NCBI GenBank assembly: GCA_043228905.1
Contig: JBHGNT010000001.1
Coordinates: 7,750,001 to 7,814,000, forward strand
Direction of reading: 5' to 3'
Origin: Azolla caroliniana
Lineage: Eukaryota; Plantae; Polypodiophyta
Length of the DNA: 64,000 nucleotides
The translations under genes and the position numbers were made by a program. The notes beneath the pieces were generated by a model that did no database searches, was not told the origin of the DNA, and saw nothing but the letters and a program-made list of their open reading frames with translations. How positions within the stretch are numbered: position 1 is the stretch's first letter; each line of letters begins with the position of its first letter. Below, in pieces: positions 25,602-38,295 of the stretch.

Positions 25602-26422
25602 ACCTCATCCCTTTATATAAGAAGCGATTCTAAAAGCCCGATTGCCATCATCCTGTACGTGGATGATCTAGTCATAAGAGGAGAGAATCTAGCCGACGTC
25701 ACGAAGGTCAAATCCCTCTTGTCCAGCATATTCGAAATGAAAGACATGCAAGAGCTCCATTACTTCCTCGACATAGAAGTAAATCGGACACTCGTTTGGA
25801 TCATGATCTCCCAATGGCACTACATCCTCAACTTGTTATACAAGTTTGGGATGACTGAGTGCCGACTGGGCCGACTACAACGTCTACCAACGATCGACTT
25901 CACGGTCTGTCTTCTCTCTCGACAATGGACCCATCTCATGGAGTAGCAAGAAGTCACCGGCCATCGCACTTTCGAGCACGGAGGCTGAATATAGGGGCAT
26001 GGTTGTGGTTGAATATGAAGCCGTATGGATTAAGCAAATTCTGAAAGACCTTGGCGTCTCCATCAACGAGCTAGTCTTGATCTATTATGACAATTTTAGC
26101 CGCATCCATTTGGCTCGTAAGCCATTATTCCATGCTCGAACAACGGATATCGAGGTGCATTACCACTTCATTCGAGAACGTTTCATTGCAGGGGATGTCG
26201 ACCTTCAACATATTAGTACCAATCTTCAAACCGTTGACATCTTCACGAAATCTTTGGGAATTGACAAGTTTCGATTGAGATTGGTCTTTCGATCTACGAC
26301 TTGCCGAGCTTGAGAGGGAGTGATAGCCGACCGGTGTTGTGATGTGGTGCACCGAACGTGGGAAAAGTCGATGAACAAGGGCCAAAATGTGTATGTGCAA
26401 TGTCAATGCACACAAAGGCAAT
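25602..26422 (+). repeat. 821-bp direct repeat, right copy (copia RT/RNase H remnant)
   Basis: Matches 15396-16216; ORFs 25659-25946 and 25999-26313 mirror those in the left copy. Confidence 0.92.
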
Positions 26423-26659
26423 TATTTGTGCACATGCACATTATAATGGAAAATGAAGGGTGCAAAGGAGGCACACAAAATCATGGGGGGTGGAAAGTAA
26501 GAGAGAGGAGAGATGAAAAGTAGGAGAGAGAAAGAAACTGTCTGTGTATTTTTGGATATAGAATAAATATTAAGTAAGAGAGAATTAACGGCTTAGTGAT
26601 TAGAGAAATTGACCTTTATCTAGAGATGCACGATTCGAATCCAATTTGACAATATTACA

Positions 26660-27365
26660 TAATTTAAGGAGACTTACTCCTTTTGCATTAAATCCAAATG
26701 GATAAAAGGACTACAAGGGGGCTCATTTTTGGGAGGAGACTATCGCCATTTTCGTTTTGAGAGCTCTTCATTTTTATCTTCACCATTTTGGGGAGAAACT
26801 CTTGCCCTTCCTTGGTCTATTGATTAGTAATAAACTCTTAACAATGACACATGAGCTTCTATAGTTGCTAGAGAGTGAGTGAGTGGTTTAGTGAGAGGGT
26901 GACCTTATATAAAGCACCCTCCTCGTACTTTGTAAAGTGTCGGTTAATCTTCTATGTAATGCTATTATCCTTGTTCTTGCTATTCTCTACTCATTGTCAA
27001 TATACATCTTGAGTATTCTATTTTCCTATCTATCTTGTGTCTCTCCTCTCTCCTTTTTCACACACATATAACACACATCTCTAATCTATTCCGTTGGATA
27101 GAATCACACTCGATTCTTTACGCGTCACTCTTTCCTATAGTGTTGATGTAGGATCATTGCCTTAGGTCAAGCAATAGGTATCAAATATCTCTTAACACAA
27201 ATTGCAACAGATATGTATCAAATACTTGTGCTCTAATCTCCACATGCTAGGTTTCTCTCAAGTAACAACGACTCAAATTCATAGTAATGGTTGAGCCAAC
27301 GTTAATTTTCTTCATACCTATGTTGAAATCTTGGTATTTGAAAAGGTGAAGATTGCAATTTCCTC
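26660..27365 (+). repeat. Dispersed repeat, internally deleted relative to the copy at ~42036-43185
   Basis: Shared blocks ATTTAAGGAG.CTTACTCC... and CACATGAGCTTCTATAGTTGC...GATTGCAATTTCCTC; no coding signature recognised. Confidence 0.75.
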
Positions 27366-27539
27366 GAATCAATTCGAATCAACACCAGTCTTTAGCTCTC
27401 ATTACATATCTTGTATCCATTCTCTTTCTTTCTCTATCTTACATCCATTCTTCTCTTAGTATTTTGTTCCTTTCTTCTCGTGTTCTCTAATATCCTTCTT
27501 CCATCACTCTATCTTTTATCCTTGGTTCTGACAATACCG

Positions 27540-28172
27540 GAGTCTTACTAGCTTCCGAAATACCGAAACCTAATTAACAGCATTTTTGTTCTGAAACATA
27601 ATGTCGATCTTCTCCCAGAGCTCATGAGCCTTGCTCTCTTCATTGAAGTTGTTGTACAAACTCATGTCGAGGAAGCACCGTATGTACGTCGTTGTCTTCA
27701 TGTGCATTACCTCCCATATCGTGGCATCGATTTTGTCCGATCTCTTGTCCCCAAACTGAACCGGCAACCAAAGATCTTTAACCACGACCATGTCCCTCAT
27801 CTTCGACTTCCACACTAAGTAGTTGGAGCCGGTGAGCTTGAACATGCCTCCCAACAAATCGTCCATTTTTCTATGTTGTTTCGCTCTGATACCAGTTTGA
27901 CGAGAAATATGCGGAATAATCTCCGGCCACAACCGAAGCGTAGATCACTTGATGACAATCAAACATAGAAGAAATGGGGATGGAGGTAAGTACACAAACA
28001 GAAAGAGAATACACAGGATGTTAACGTGGAAAACCCTGAGAGGGAAAAACCACGGGAGTCCACAGACTCCAAACTATCACTATGTCAAGGAGTACAACAG
28101 GGAGCACAGAGGCAACGACCTCTTGCTCACAATCTTCGCCTGGCGGCAGTTACAACAGAGACATGCTCTGTA

Positions 28173-28235
<63 letters not shown>

Positions 28236-28575
28236 ACAGTCGTTACACCAATTACTCACTACAAAGATAATAACAACAACTATAATATATACACATTGTT
28301 TGCCCTAGGTCACATTTATACTAATATGACATTAGGACTATTTACAGATATAGCCCCAATAGGCTCTCAGAAACATATCTACATATATGTCCCTTCATCC
28401 GGTGAGAGGTTCTCACCGGGCCTACAACATCCGGTTCTCATCGGGTCTTCCTTGTCGGGTACTCGTCATCCGGTTCTCACCGGGTCTTCCTTGCCGAGTA
28501 CTCCACATCCAGTTCTCACCGGGTCTTCCGTTGTTGGGCCTTCGTATCCCATCCGGAGGGACCGAGATCCTAACA
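27540..28575 (-). mobile_element. Truncated Ty1/copia (5' LTR 27898-28575, PBS, gag N-terminus), related to the element at 18424
   Basis: Minus-strand LTR start TGTTAGGATCTCGGTCCCTCCGGATGGGAT resembles the 18424 LTR. PBS (GCTCTGATACCA on plus) at ~27883-27894. gag MFKLTGSNYLVWKSKMRD. 39-bp minisatellite in the LTR. Confidence 0.85.
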
Positions 28576-28700
28576 CAATGTAGCTCCAGTAACCTTGTCC
28601 GACAAGGTATGGATGCATCTTGTATTCCCAAGATGCGAAGTTCGATCTGTCAAGCTTCTCGGCAGGAAGGGCGCGTCCCATCTGGGTGTTCATTATGTCA
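28576..28700 (-). mobile_element. Copia gag N-terminal fragment (host of the insertion above)
   Basis: MGRALPAEKLDRSNFASWEYKMHPYLVGQGYWSYI, cut at the LTR boundary. Confidence 0.7.
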
Positions 28701-28836
28701 ATTTCTTCTATGTTGATGAGCCGGTTCTATTGATCATCGGCGTGTACCACAACACAGTTGAATAGATTCAATTAAGCAACCTCGCTCTGATAACATGTAA
28801 ATAAATGGAGTTGGTGGTGTAATGCAGCGGAAGATA

Positions 28837-28872
<36 letters not shown>

Positions 28873-28893
28873 CACGTAAGGCAAAACAGAGAC

Positions 28894-28943
<50 letters not shown>

Positions 28944-31900
28944 CTTAATACAGAGATAAAGATTGTATATTACATTAACCAAAAAACTTCCAACAGTAAC
29001 TAAGTTACAAGGGGTTGGTTTAAATACCAACTAAACTAGGGCAAGTGCCCTTTCTACTATTTACAAAACTAGCCTGGTATGACCATGAGCTAGTGTGAAA
29101 CCTATTACTATGCGAAGTTGAGTTCGACTCTCAACAATATCTTTAGTTTTTGGGAGCCAAAAGTTTATGATTGATTTGTGTGAAAGATTATGTGCGGAAG
29201 CTTCAGACAAACCAGCCTCACCGGATAGCAACAAAGAGAGAGAGAGAGAGAGAGAGATTAACACACAGAGTGTACGCAGAAGAGATAGAGAAAAAGCAAA
29301 ACAACTTAAATCTATTATCAACAACTCTGTAAAATTCTCTGTTCATACAACGTGCTCAACAGCACTATTTATACAAGTCCTCAAAGGACTGACAGAAGTA
29401 CAGCGTACTTCAATGTTCACACGAGCGTCTGACACTAACTACGAGACTATTAACTACCTAGTAGTCTTGGCTACTACTAGGCTTCCGGTTACTGTTTGAT
29501 CCAGCTAACCGACTCCCCAGCTCACCGGCTCACTTGCTCACCGGCTCGCCGATCCGTCTCACCGATCCGGCTTCATCCTTCCGGATGCCGATGCGGCTCA
29601 GGCTTATTCAGCCGATCCGGATCCAGTTGAGCTTGCCGCTCAACACTCCCCCTCAAGCTCAACTTGAGGTCGGATCGTAGTGTCAATCTCCATTGCAGTC
29701 GGTCCTTCCATCTGGCTCCTTCTAGCGCCACTCCGCCTCGCTCGCGCTCCTCATCCGGTCTGGTCCCGTTTGTCGCGACCCTTCTGATTCTGCGCACCTT
29801 GACCTCCTCAGTCGGCTTGTCTGCTCAACAGACCCAATTCAGCTCCCTCGTTGTTGTCGATTCGCCGATTCCTTCGTGTTGGCGTCGACTTTCGCTGTCT
29901 TCTCGTCCTCTTGGCCTTGAATTGATCCGGTTCTTCCGAATCCGTCTGTTGAACCGAATCGGCTATCTTCGATTCGTTCCAGCTCTTGTCCGAATCGGTC
30001 ACTCCCGATTCGTCTTCCAGTTCCAGGCCCTTCACCACATCGGACCATGTCCGGGTCTTGGCCTTCTTCTTCCGGTCGGCTCTGTCCTTCTTGACTCTGT
30101 CGCCGCTTCTGCTTGTTCTGACTTATTCAGATGTGTCAACTTCCTTTGTCGACTCGGCTCCTTTCTTCTTCTTGTCTCTCCCTTTGTCGATTCTTCCCTC
30201 ACCGCCACAATCGGTAGTTTCTTTGCCTTTGCTTGTTCTCCCCCTCAAGTGTGCACGTCAAGATGTTGAACACCAAGCATTTCGGTGAAGTGTTGCAACT
30301 TGTCTGATCCGAGCAATTTGGTGAAGATGTCGGCAACTTGCCAATCCGTATGAACATATCGAAGTTCGACTTCACCGCTCAGGACACGCTCACGCACGAA
30401 GTGGTAGTGCACTTCTATGTGCTTTGTGCGAGCATGGAATACGGGGTTCTTGGCTAGCTGCATGCTGCTTATGTTGTCGTAGTAGATCGGGATCGGGATC
30501 GGCATCTTGATCCGCAGGTCTTGCAGTAATCGCCGAAGCCAAATGGCTTCACAGGTGGCAACGATAGCGCCCCCGTATTCAGCCTCGTGCTCAAAAGGGC
30601 CACTGTTGGCTGCTTTTTGCTGCTCCACGCAACAGTCGCGCTACCAAGGGAAAACATATAGCCGGAGGTGGATCGGCGATCCGATGCATCGCTGGCCTAG
30701 TCAACATCGGTGTAGCCGACTAGCTCTTCGATTATACCATGCCGGTATAACAGTCCTCGGGCCTTCGTGCCGGTCACATATCGCAAAATTCGATGTGCGC
30801 ACAGAAGGTGCTCCATGGTTGGCTTCTGCATGAATTGGTTGATCACTCTGACCGGATAACTGATGTCAGGTCGGGTGATTGTCAAATATATAAGGCTTCC
30901 GATGATTTGTCGGAACCGTTTCTCATCGCAGGCCGGTCCGGAGTTGGGACGGAGCTTCTGGTTCTGGTCCAGGGGTGTGGAGACCGGTCAACATTACGTC
31001 ATGTCGAACTTGTACAGCACATTCAACACATAGTGTCTTTGTGAGAGCAATATGTCGTCGGGGGTTCGGATCACCTCGATCCCAAGGAAATAATGAAGGT
31101 CCCCCAGGTCCTTCATCTCAAATGTGTCTGACAGCTAGGACTTGACTCAACTGATTTCATCGAGTCCAGGTCCGGTGATGACTAGATCATCAACATACAG
31201 CAAGATGCAAACTGGACCGTCCGGACCTTTCCGGATGAACAACGAAGAGTCGGACTTGGAGGCCGCAAACCCCATCTTACGCAACCGGTGCGTGATCTTC
31301 GCATTCCAAGTTCGGGGGGCTTGCTTCAGGCCATAAAGTAACTTCTTCAACCGGCATACCGCCGATTTGTTCATCTCCAACTGGAAACCGGGGGGTTGGG
31401 TCATAAAGACCTCTTCTTCAATATCACCTTGAAGAAATGCATTCTTCACGTCCATCTGGTGAAGATGCCACCCCCTTGTCGTAGCAACCGCCTGCACCAC
31501 ACGAACCGTCGTCATCTTTGATACCGGAGCGAAGGTCTTGTTGTAGTCGATTTCGTGGGTATGCGCATATCCCTTCGTCACTAACCAGGCCTTGTACCAG
31601 TTAACCGAACCGTTGGCATTGTACCTCACCTTGTACACCCACTTACATCCGATCGGTTTACCCTAGGGGCTCCACTATATATAAGAAGGTTGTATCACGT
31701 GCGTTCATGACATCCTTTATAAACCCCTTATACGTATGTTTTTTACTATTTTAGAGGCCCTTTTGTAAAAAAAAAGATTAATAAAAATACCCCCTATTAC
31801 CAATATATTTTTTGATAACCACCCATTCTAAATGCCCTTACATAGAAAATATAAATGCACACATAGTTTCTAATCCAAGAAACCTAGAATGGATCTATGA

Positions 31901-33411
31901 CCCTCTTTACAATTGATGACTCACACATTTGTGAAAGAACATTAAACATCATATGCAATTTTGTAGAAATGTTTCATCAAGTACCACATAAATTGAAAAC
32001 ACAATGTGTAAAGTATATAGTAATGCACAAACAATTCAAAAACATTAGAGGTATATCATATATAAGCCACATATAAGTTCATGTCGATAGTTTATTTAAA
32101 CATATGAAGAATATGAAGTGATAAAAAAGAATGTAATTTACAAAGAAATCAATCTTGAACTTGACATACATATCTCAAAGAGCACACATGGGACAATCCA
32201 AATGCATATCAATAATGAAATTACTAACAAATTAACATTATGTTTGGTTTCATGGATAAACTCATAAGAAGCCACTACATTATTTTTTCCCAAATACATT
32301 GATCAAACAAATGACAACATATGTTATATTTCCATTTAAAATGAAAGACATCACACTATAAAAATGAGATAAAATTAATCATTTTGTTGTTCAATGTCTA
32401 CTTAAAATACTTATTACAATAAAGGTTATCTTCATAAAGACCAACTATATAAATAGAAAACCCAAAGAAGCTTATTTTAGGTTATAAATTTCATGTAGTT
32501 TCTATCTTCAATGTTGGACTTGTATTATAGCCATGACATCACTCTACGCCCTCTCCACATCTTTGGTTTGTTTCATGCTTTCTTTCTTAATCTCAATAAT
32601 ATGACCTTTCAAGGAGGATGACGCTTGTTGCTCTCTTGGTTACTCGTTTCCTTCTGAGTAGTTCATGCAAGGCATGAGGAAAAGCAAAAGTTGCATTTCT
32701 ATCAAAATCAGTAACTCATAAACATAATCATCATAAAAAATACCAGAATAGGTATTAAGGATCATTGATATAGGACTTCTATATAATTGGGTCCAAACAA
32801 AGTTCTTATACTTTCTTTATGACAAAACAATCCAATCTTAGCTTATGTATTTCAAATATCAATGTCTTACGTTCAAAAAAAATTCTAAATTTTATCCAAA
32901 ATATATTCTTTTCCAAATTTTTGGGGGTTTCAAATTTCCTATTGTAAAATTCAGAAACCTATTTGAGAATAAGTTAAGTTATTAATGTTCATGACGTGGG
33001 ACACAAGTATGTAATGTACCTACACCAATGGGCCTCATATAACTCTTATATGGTTTCTATAGATGATATATCATATCTAAGGCATCCTTGGAAAAATAAT
33101 GCTTCAATTTCTCAACTTTAGTGTTACTACAAGACCATATGAGAACCATCATATATTATCAATACATCAACCATATGTGTGCATATCCAAAACTATGAAC
33201 ATTTATGGTAAATAATCATGAATAAATAGATCCACAACTATGAGGATTCATGATCAGTAATAAAAAAACAAATTTACATATTTAAGAACAACTTGGACAA
33301 AGATGTATGTTTTCTCTCTAGCGGAATTGTTTCTACCACCATCAAACAAGCAAGCAAATAAACATGGTTGGCCACCAATGACAACTAACCGTTTTAAATA
33401 ATTCAATAAAA

Positions 33412-34022
33412 ACCTGGGATACAAAAAGTTGGGCCTATCCCCTCCACTCAAACAATCCTTGAGCATACGTAGATGATACTCAAGGATCTAATAATGGCAA
33501 TAAAAAAAGGATCTTCATAAAAATTAGAGAAGGCCCAATCAATACCATTATAATTATGAAATTATACAGTAAACCAAAGTTTATATTACCTCTCGATATA
33601 TGAGTTCCCTTACATCCTTTTTTGAAACTCTTCTCCTCTCGAATTTAAACTCCAACTTATTGATGGGTTACCTTAGCTAAGCCCTTGAAGTAAGGATTTA
33701 CTAAGGCCTTCACAAAAACTAGTAAAACTTTTAGCAATCTCTTCTTGGACTCAAACTAGAATAAGTACAAGCACAAACTCTACTTTCATATTCATCAAAG
33801 ATGTAACAAGTTCAATGAGAGTGTACCTTCTTTGCAAAATAATAACTTAATTATCTCTCGGCACCTAAAGATTACAAACTGTGTGTTAAGAATATGAAAT
33901 GTGTATATTTAAATAGATTACTATACTGTCTAGAATATAGTCATTGGGTTGTCATGAAATACAACTCTTGTCAATCCGAAATCACATATTTTAACCTTGC
34001 AATCAACATTTGCAAGCACACG
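33412..34022 (-). pseudogene. Captured, degraded exons of a plant group-D (TDY-type) MAP kinase
   Basis: VLANVDCKVKICDFGLTRVVFHDNPMTIF*T (33927-34022), ALVNPYFKGLAKV..KLEFKFERRRVSKKDVRELIYRE (~33590-33707) and ILEYHLRMLKDCLSGGDRPNFLYP (33413-33487), with GT/AG boundaries. Matches the C-terminal kinase region of MPK16/MPK20-type proteins; middle exons are missing. Confidence 0.85.
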
Positions 34023-35621
34023 TGTGTGTGTGTGTGTGTGTGTGCGTGTGCGTGTGCGCGCGCACATATGTATGTATTGTATTGTATTCCATGTTATGTA
34101 TGTATGTGTGTACATATTGTATTGTATTCATTGAATTGCATGTGTATGTATTTACATATTGTATTGTAATGCATGTGTTGTATGTATGTAATGTGTGTGT
34201 GTTTGTGTGTATATTGTATGTATGGAATGTGTGTACATGCATGTATGTATGTGTTAGATGTGTGTGTGAGTATATGCTCTATACATGTGCATATGCATGT
34301 GTGTGTTATATATATGTGCATATGTATGTATTGTATTGTATGTATGGAATGTGTGTATGCATGTATGTATGTGTTAGATGTGTGTGTAAGTATATGCTCT
34401 ATACATGTGCATATGCATGTATTGTATTGCATGTGTGTGTATGTATGTGTTGTTTGTGTGTGTTATATATATGTGCATATGTATGTATTGTATTGTATGT
34501 ATGGAATGTGTGTATGCATGTATGTATGTGTTAGATGTATGTGTAAGTATATGCTCTATACATGTGCATATGCATGTATTGTATTGCATGTGTGTGTATG
34601 TATGTGTGAATGTATCAATGTTATGTGAAAGAGGAGAACAAAGGCGGCAAAACCAAGAGAGTAGAGGAGGCAGCATTAGGCGGCAAAATGAGGCGGCAAA
34701 ACTCAAAATTAAAAAATGTGAATGTATCAATGTTATGTTAACTATGAATGTATGTATCTATGAATGAATGAATATATGTATGTATGTATATGTATATGTA
34801 TATAATGTACATATGTAATGTATGTATGAATGAACATATATATGTATACATACATATGTGTATATATCTAATATGTAATATGTAATGTATCTATGTATGA
34901 ATGTACATACGTGTATATGCAATATGTAATGTATGTATGTATGAATGAATATATATATATGTATACATACATAATATGTGTATATATCTAATATGTAATA
35001 TGTAATGTATCTATGTATGAATGTACATACGTGTATATGCAATATGTAATGTATGTATGTATATGTATATAATGTACATATGTAATGTATGTATGAATGA
35101 ATATATATATATATATATATATTGTGGTGTGCATGTGCACAATATGTATATATATATATATGTGTATATATCTAATATGTAATATGTAATGTATGTATGA
35201 ATGAATATATGTACATGTGTAATCTATGAATGTATAATGCGTATACATGTAATATGTAATGTATGTATGAATGAATATATGTACATGTGTAATGTGCGAA
35301 TGTAGAATGTGTATATATGTAATATGTAATGTATGTATGTGGATGTTTGTTTGTAATATGTGTGTAATATGTATGTATATATGTACATATTCTAGTTTGT
35401 ATGACCCCATGTGACCTACATATATGCTTATATGTGGAATATGTATGTATGTATGTATGTGTATGAGTGTATGTTTGTAAAATTTATAGACATATCATTG
35501 TAACCATAAATACGTATATACGCTCCGCAATGTATAAATGAATATATGCATGTCCATGTATGAATGTACATATGTGCATGAATATGTAATGTATGTATAT
35601 TTGTATGTGAATGCATATGTG

Positions 35622-35660
<39 letters not shown>

Positions 35661-35696
35661 ATGTTTGTTTGTAATATGTATGTATGTGTATGTGTA

Positions 35697-35748
<52 letters not shown>

Positions 35749-35820
35749 ATAAAAGACTATATGTATGTCCATGTACGAATGTACATATGTGTATGCATAT
35801 ATGCATATTTCATGTATGTA

Positions 35821-35890
<70 letters not shown>

Positions 35891-36592
35891 TATGTGTATG
35901 GATGCATGTATGTATGTGTATGCATATATTCATATGACAATGTACATGATTCAATGTGTATGGATGTGTGATTGTAATATGTGCATAATATTTATGTACA
36001 TATATATCTAATGTATGTATATGTAGTAATGTATAAATGAATATAGGTATGTCCATGTATGAATGTACATATGTGTATGCATATGTAATGTATGTATGTA
36101 TATGCATATGTCAATGTACATGATTCAATGTATAGGAATGTGTGATTGTAATATATGCATATGCAATGTATGTATGTTCGTGCATGAATGTACATATGTG
36201 TATATATGTAATATGTAATATATAATGTATGTATGTGTAACAGTGGTTGCATATATGCCTACATGAGTGTGTGGATGTTTATTCGTAATATTTATGTATG
36301 TGTATGTATATATGTATTTATTGTAGTTGGTGATGATATATATGTACATATGTAATGTATGTATGCATGTGTATGTAATGTATTTATGTGTATGGATGTA
36401 TGTTTGTAAAACTTATAACATTCCATGCATATGTACGTATATATATGATGATATGTGGAACATGTATGTACATATGTAATGTATGTATGTGTATGCATAT
36501 ATGTATATGTCAATATACATCATTCAATGAGTATGAATGTGTTTGTAATATGTGCATAATATGTATGTATATACCCAATGTATGTATATGTA

Positions 36593-36654
<62 letters not shown>

Positions 36655-37280
36655 GTCATATGTATGTAAATGTATGTGTATATATGTAATGTATTTATGT
36701 ATGTACATTATTGGGATATTTTCATGTTTAGTATGTATATGGCTCATATATGGATGTATGTTTGTAATATGTACGTAATATGCATTAATATATCCAATGT
36801 ATGTGTAAGTATACATATATCTTGTGTGTGTGTGTGTGTGTGTAAGTATTGTGGTTTGTATGGTCCAATATAATCTATATATATGGTGATATGTCAAATA
36901 TGTATGTACATATGTAATATATCTATGTATGTATCTATATATGTATGTGTAAATTTGTATATTGTGTAATAGGTATGGATTATATGCTATGTAATATCTA
37001 ATTTATTTATGTGTGTGTGCACGTGTATATACATAATATACATATATGTAATATATGTAACTTGTTTGTAAATTGTAAATTGTAAATATGAAGATTTGTA
37101 TACATATAATATGTAATCTTAGGTATTAATATGTATGTGCATGTGTACATATATAATATATAATATGCGATTTAATTTTTTGTGTTTTGTATGTATATAT
37201 GCATTTGTGTATGTATATATGTAATATGTAATTTTATTGTATGTATTATGTATACATATATGTATGTCAATACATATATA

Positions 37281-37390
37281 TGTTTTTACTTTCGATGAAT
37301 GGGTAAATACCCCATTTTTGTTGTAAACCAATTGTCTCATGGGCCAAATTTGGTCTTAGAAGACGTTAATATATATTTCTTTCTTTCTTT
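37281..37390 (+). mobile_element. Short retroposed fragment (LINE 3' tail or SINE)
   Basis: Ends GGCCAAATTTGGTCTTAGAAGACGTTAATATATAT(TTCT)n, resembling the LINE end at 56700-56753. Flanked by CAATACATAT / CAATATATAT; an empty paralogous site lies at ~38360. Confidence 0.6.
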
Positions 37391-37674
37391 CAATATATAT
37401 GGCTGATTCTAATATGCATGCAGTATGTAATGCATGTATGTATGTGTATGTACATATTTACATACGGTAATATATATTTGTACATATATTTATGTTTAGT
37501 CAATATGCATGTATAAATAGGTGTAATGTATGTATATACATATTCATGGATGTAATGTTTGAATGTAGGTATATATGCCTGTATGATATATGAATGTAGG
37601 TATATATGAATGTATGTGGTATGCATATGTGATGTGTGTGTATGTATGTACATATTGTATTGTATTGTATTGTA

Positions 37675-38295
37675 TGTATGGAATGTGTGTATATGTGTAT
37701 ATATATAATATGTAATTTATTTTTTTCTGTTTGGTTTGTATATTTGCATTTGTATAAAATTGTGTGTATAATAATATATGTGTGTAATATGTAATATATA
37801 AAATATGTTTGTAAATTGTAAAAATATGTTTGTATGGAATGTGTGTATATGTGTATATATATAATATGTAATTTATTTTTTTCTGTTTGGTTTGTATATT
37901 TGCATTTGTATAAAATTGTGTGTATAATAATATATGTGTGTAATATGTAATATATAAAATATGTTTGTAAATTGTAAAAATATGTTTGTATGGAATGTGT
38001 GTATATGTGTATATATATAATATGTAATTTATTTTTTTCTGTTTGGTTTGTATATTTGCATTTGTATAAAATTGTGTGTATAATAATATATGTGTGTAAT
38101 ATGTAATATATAAAATATGTTTGTAAATTGTAAAAATATGTTTGTATGGAATGTGTGTATATGTGTATATATATAATATGTAATTTATTTTTTTCTGTTT
38201 GGTTTGTATATTTGCATTTGTATAAAATTGTGTGTATAATAATATATGTGTGTAATATGTAATATATAAAATATGTTTGTAAATTGTAAAAATGT
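37675..38295. repeat. 156-bp tandem repeat, 4 near-identical units
   Basis: Unit starts TGTATGGAATGTGTGTATATG at 37675, 37831, 37987 and 38143. Confidence 0.9.
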
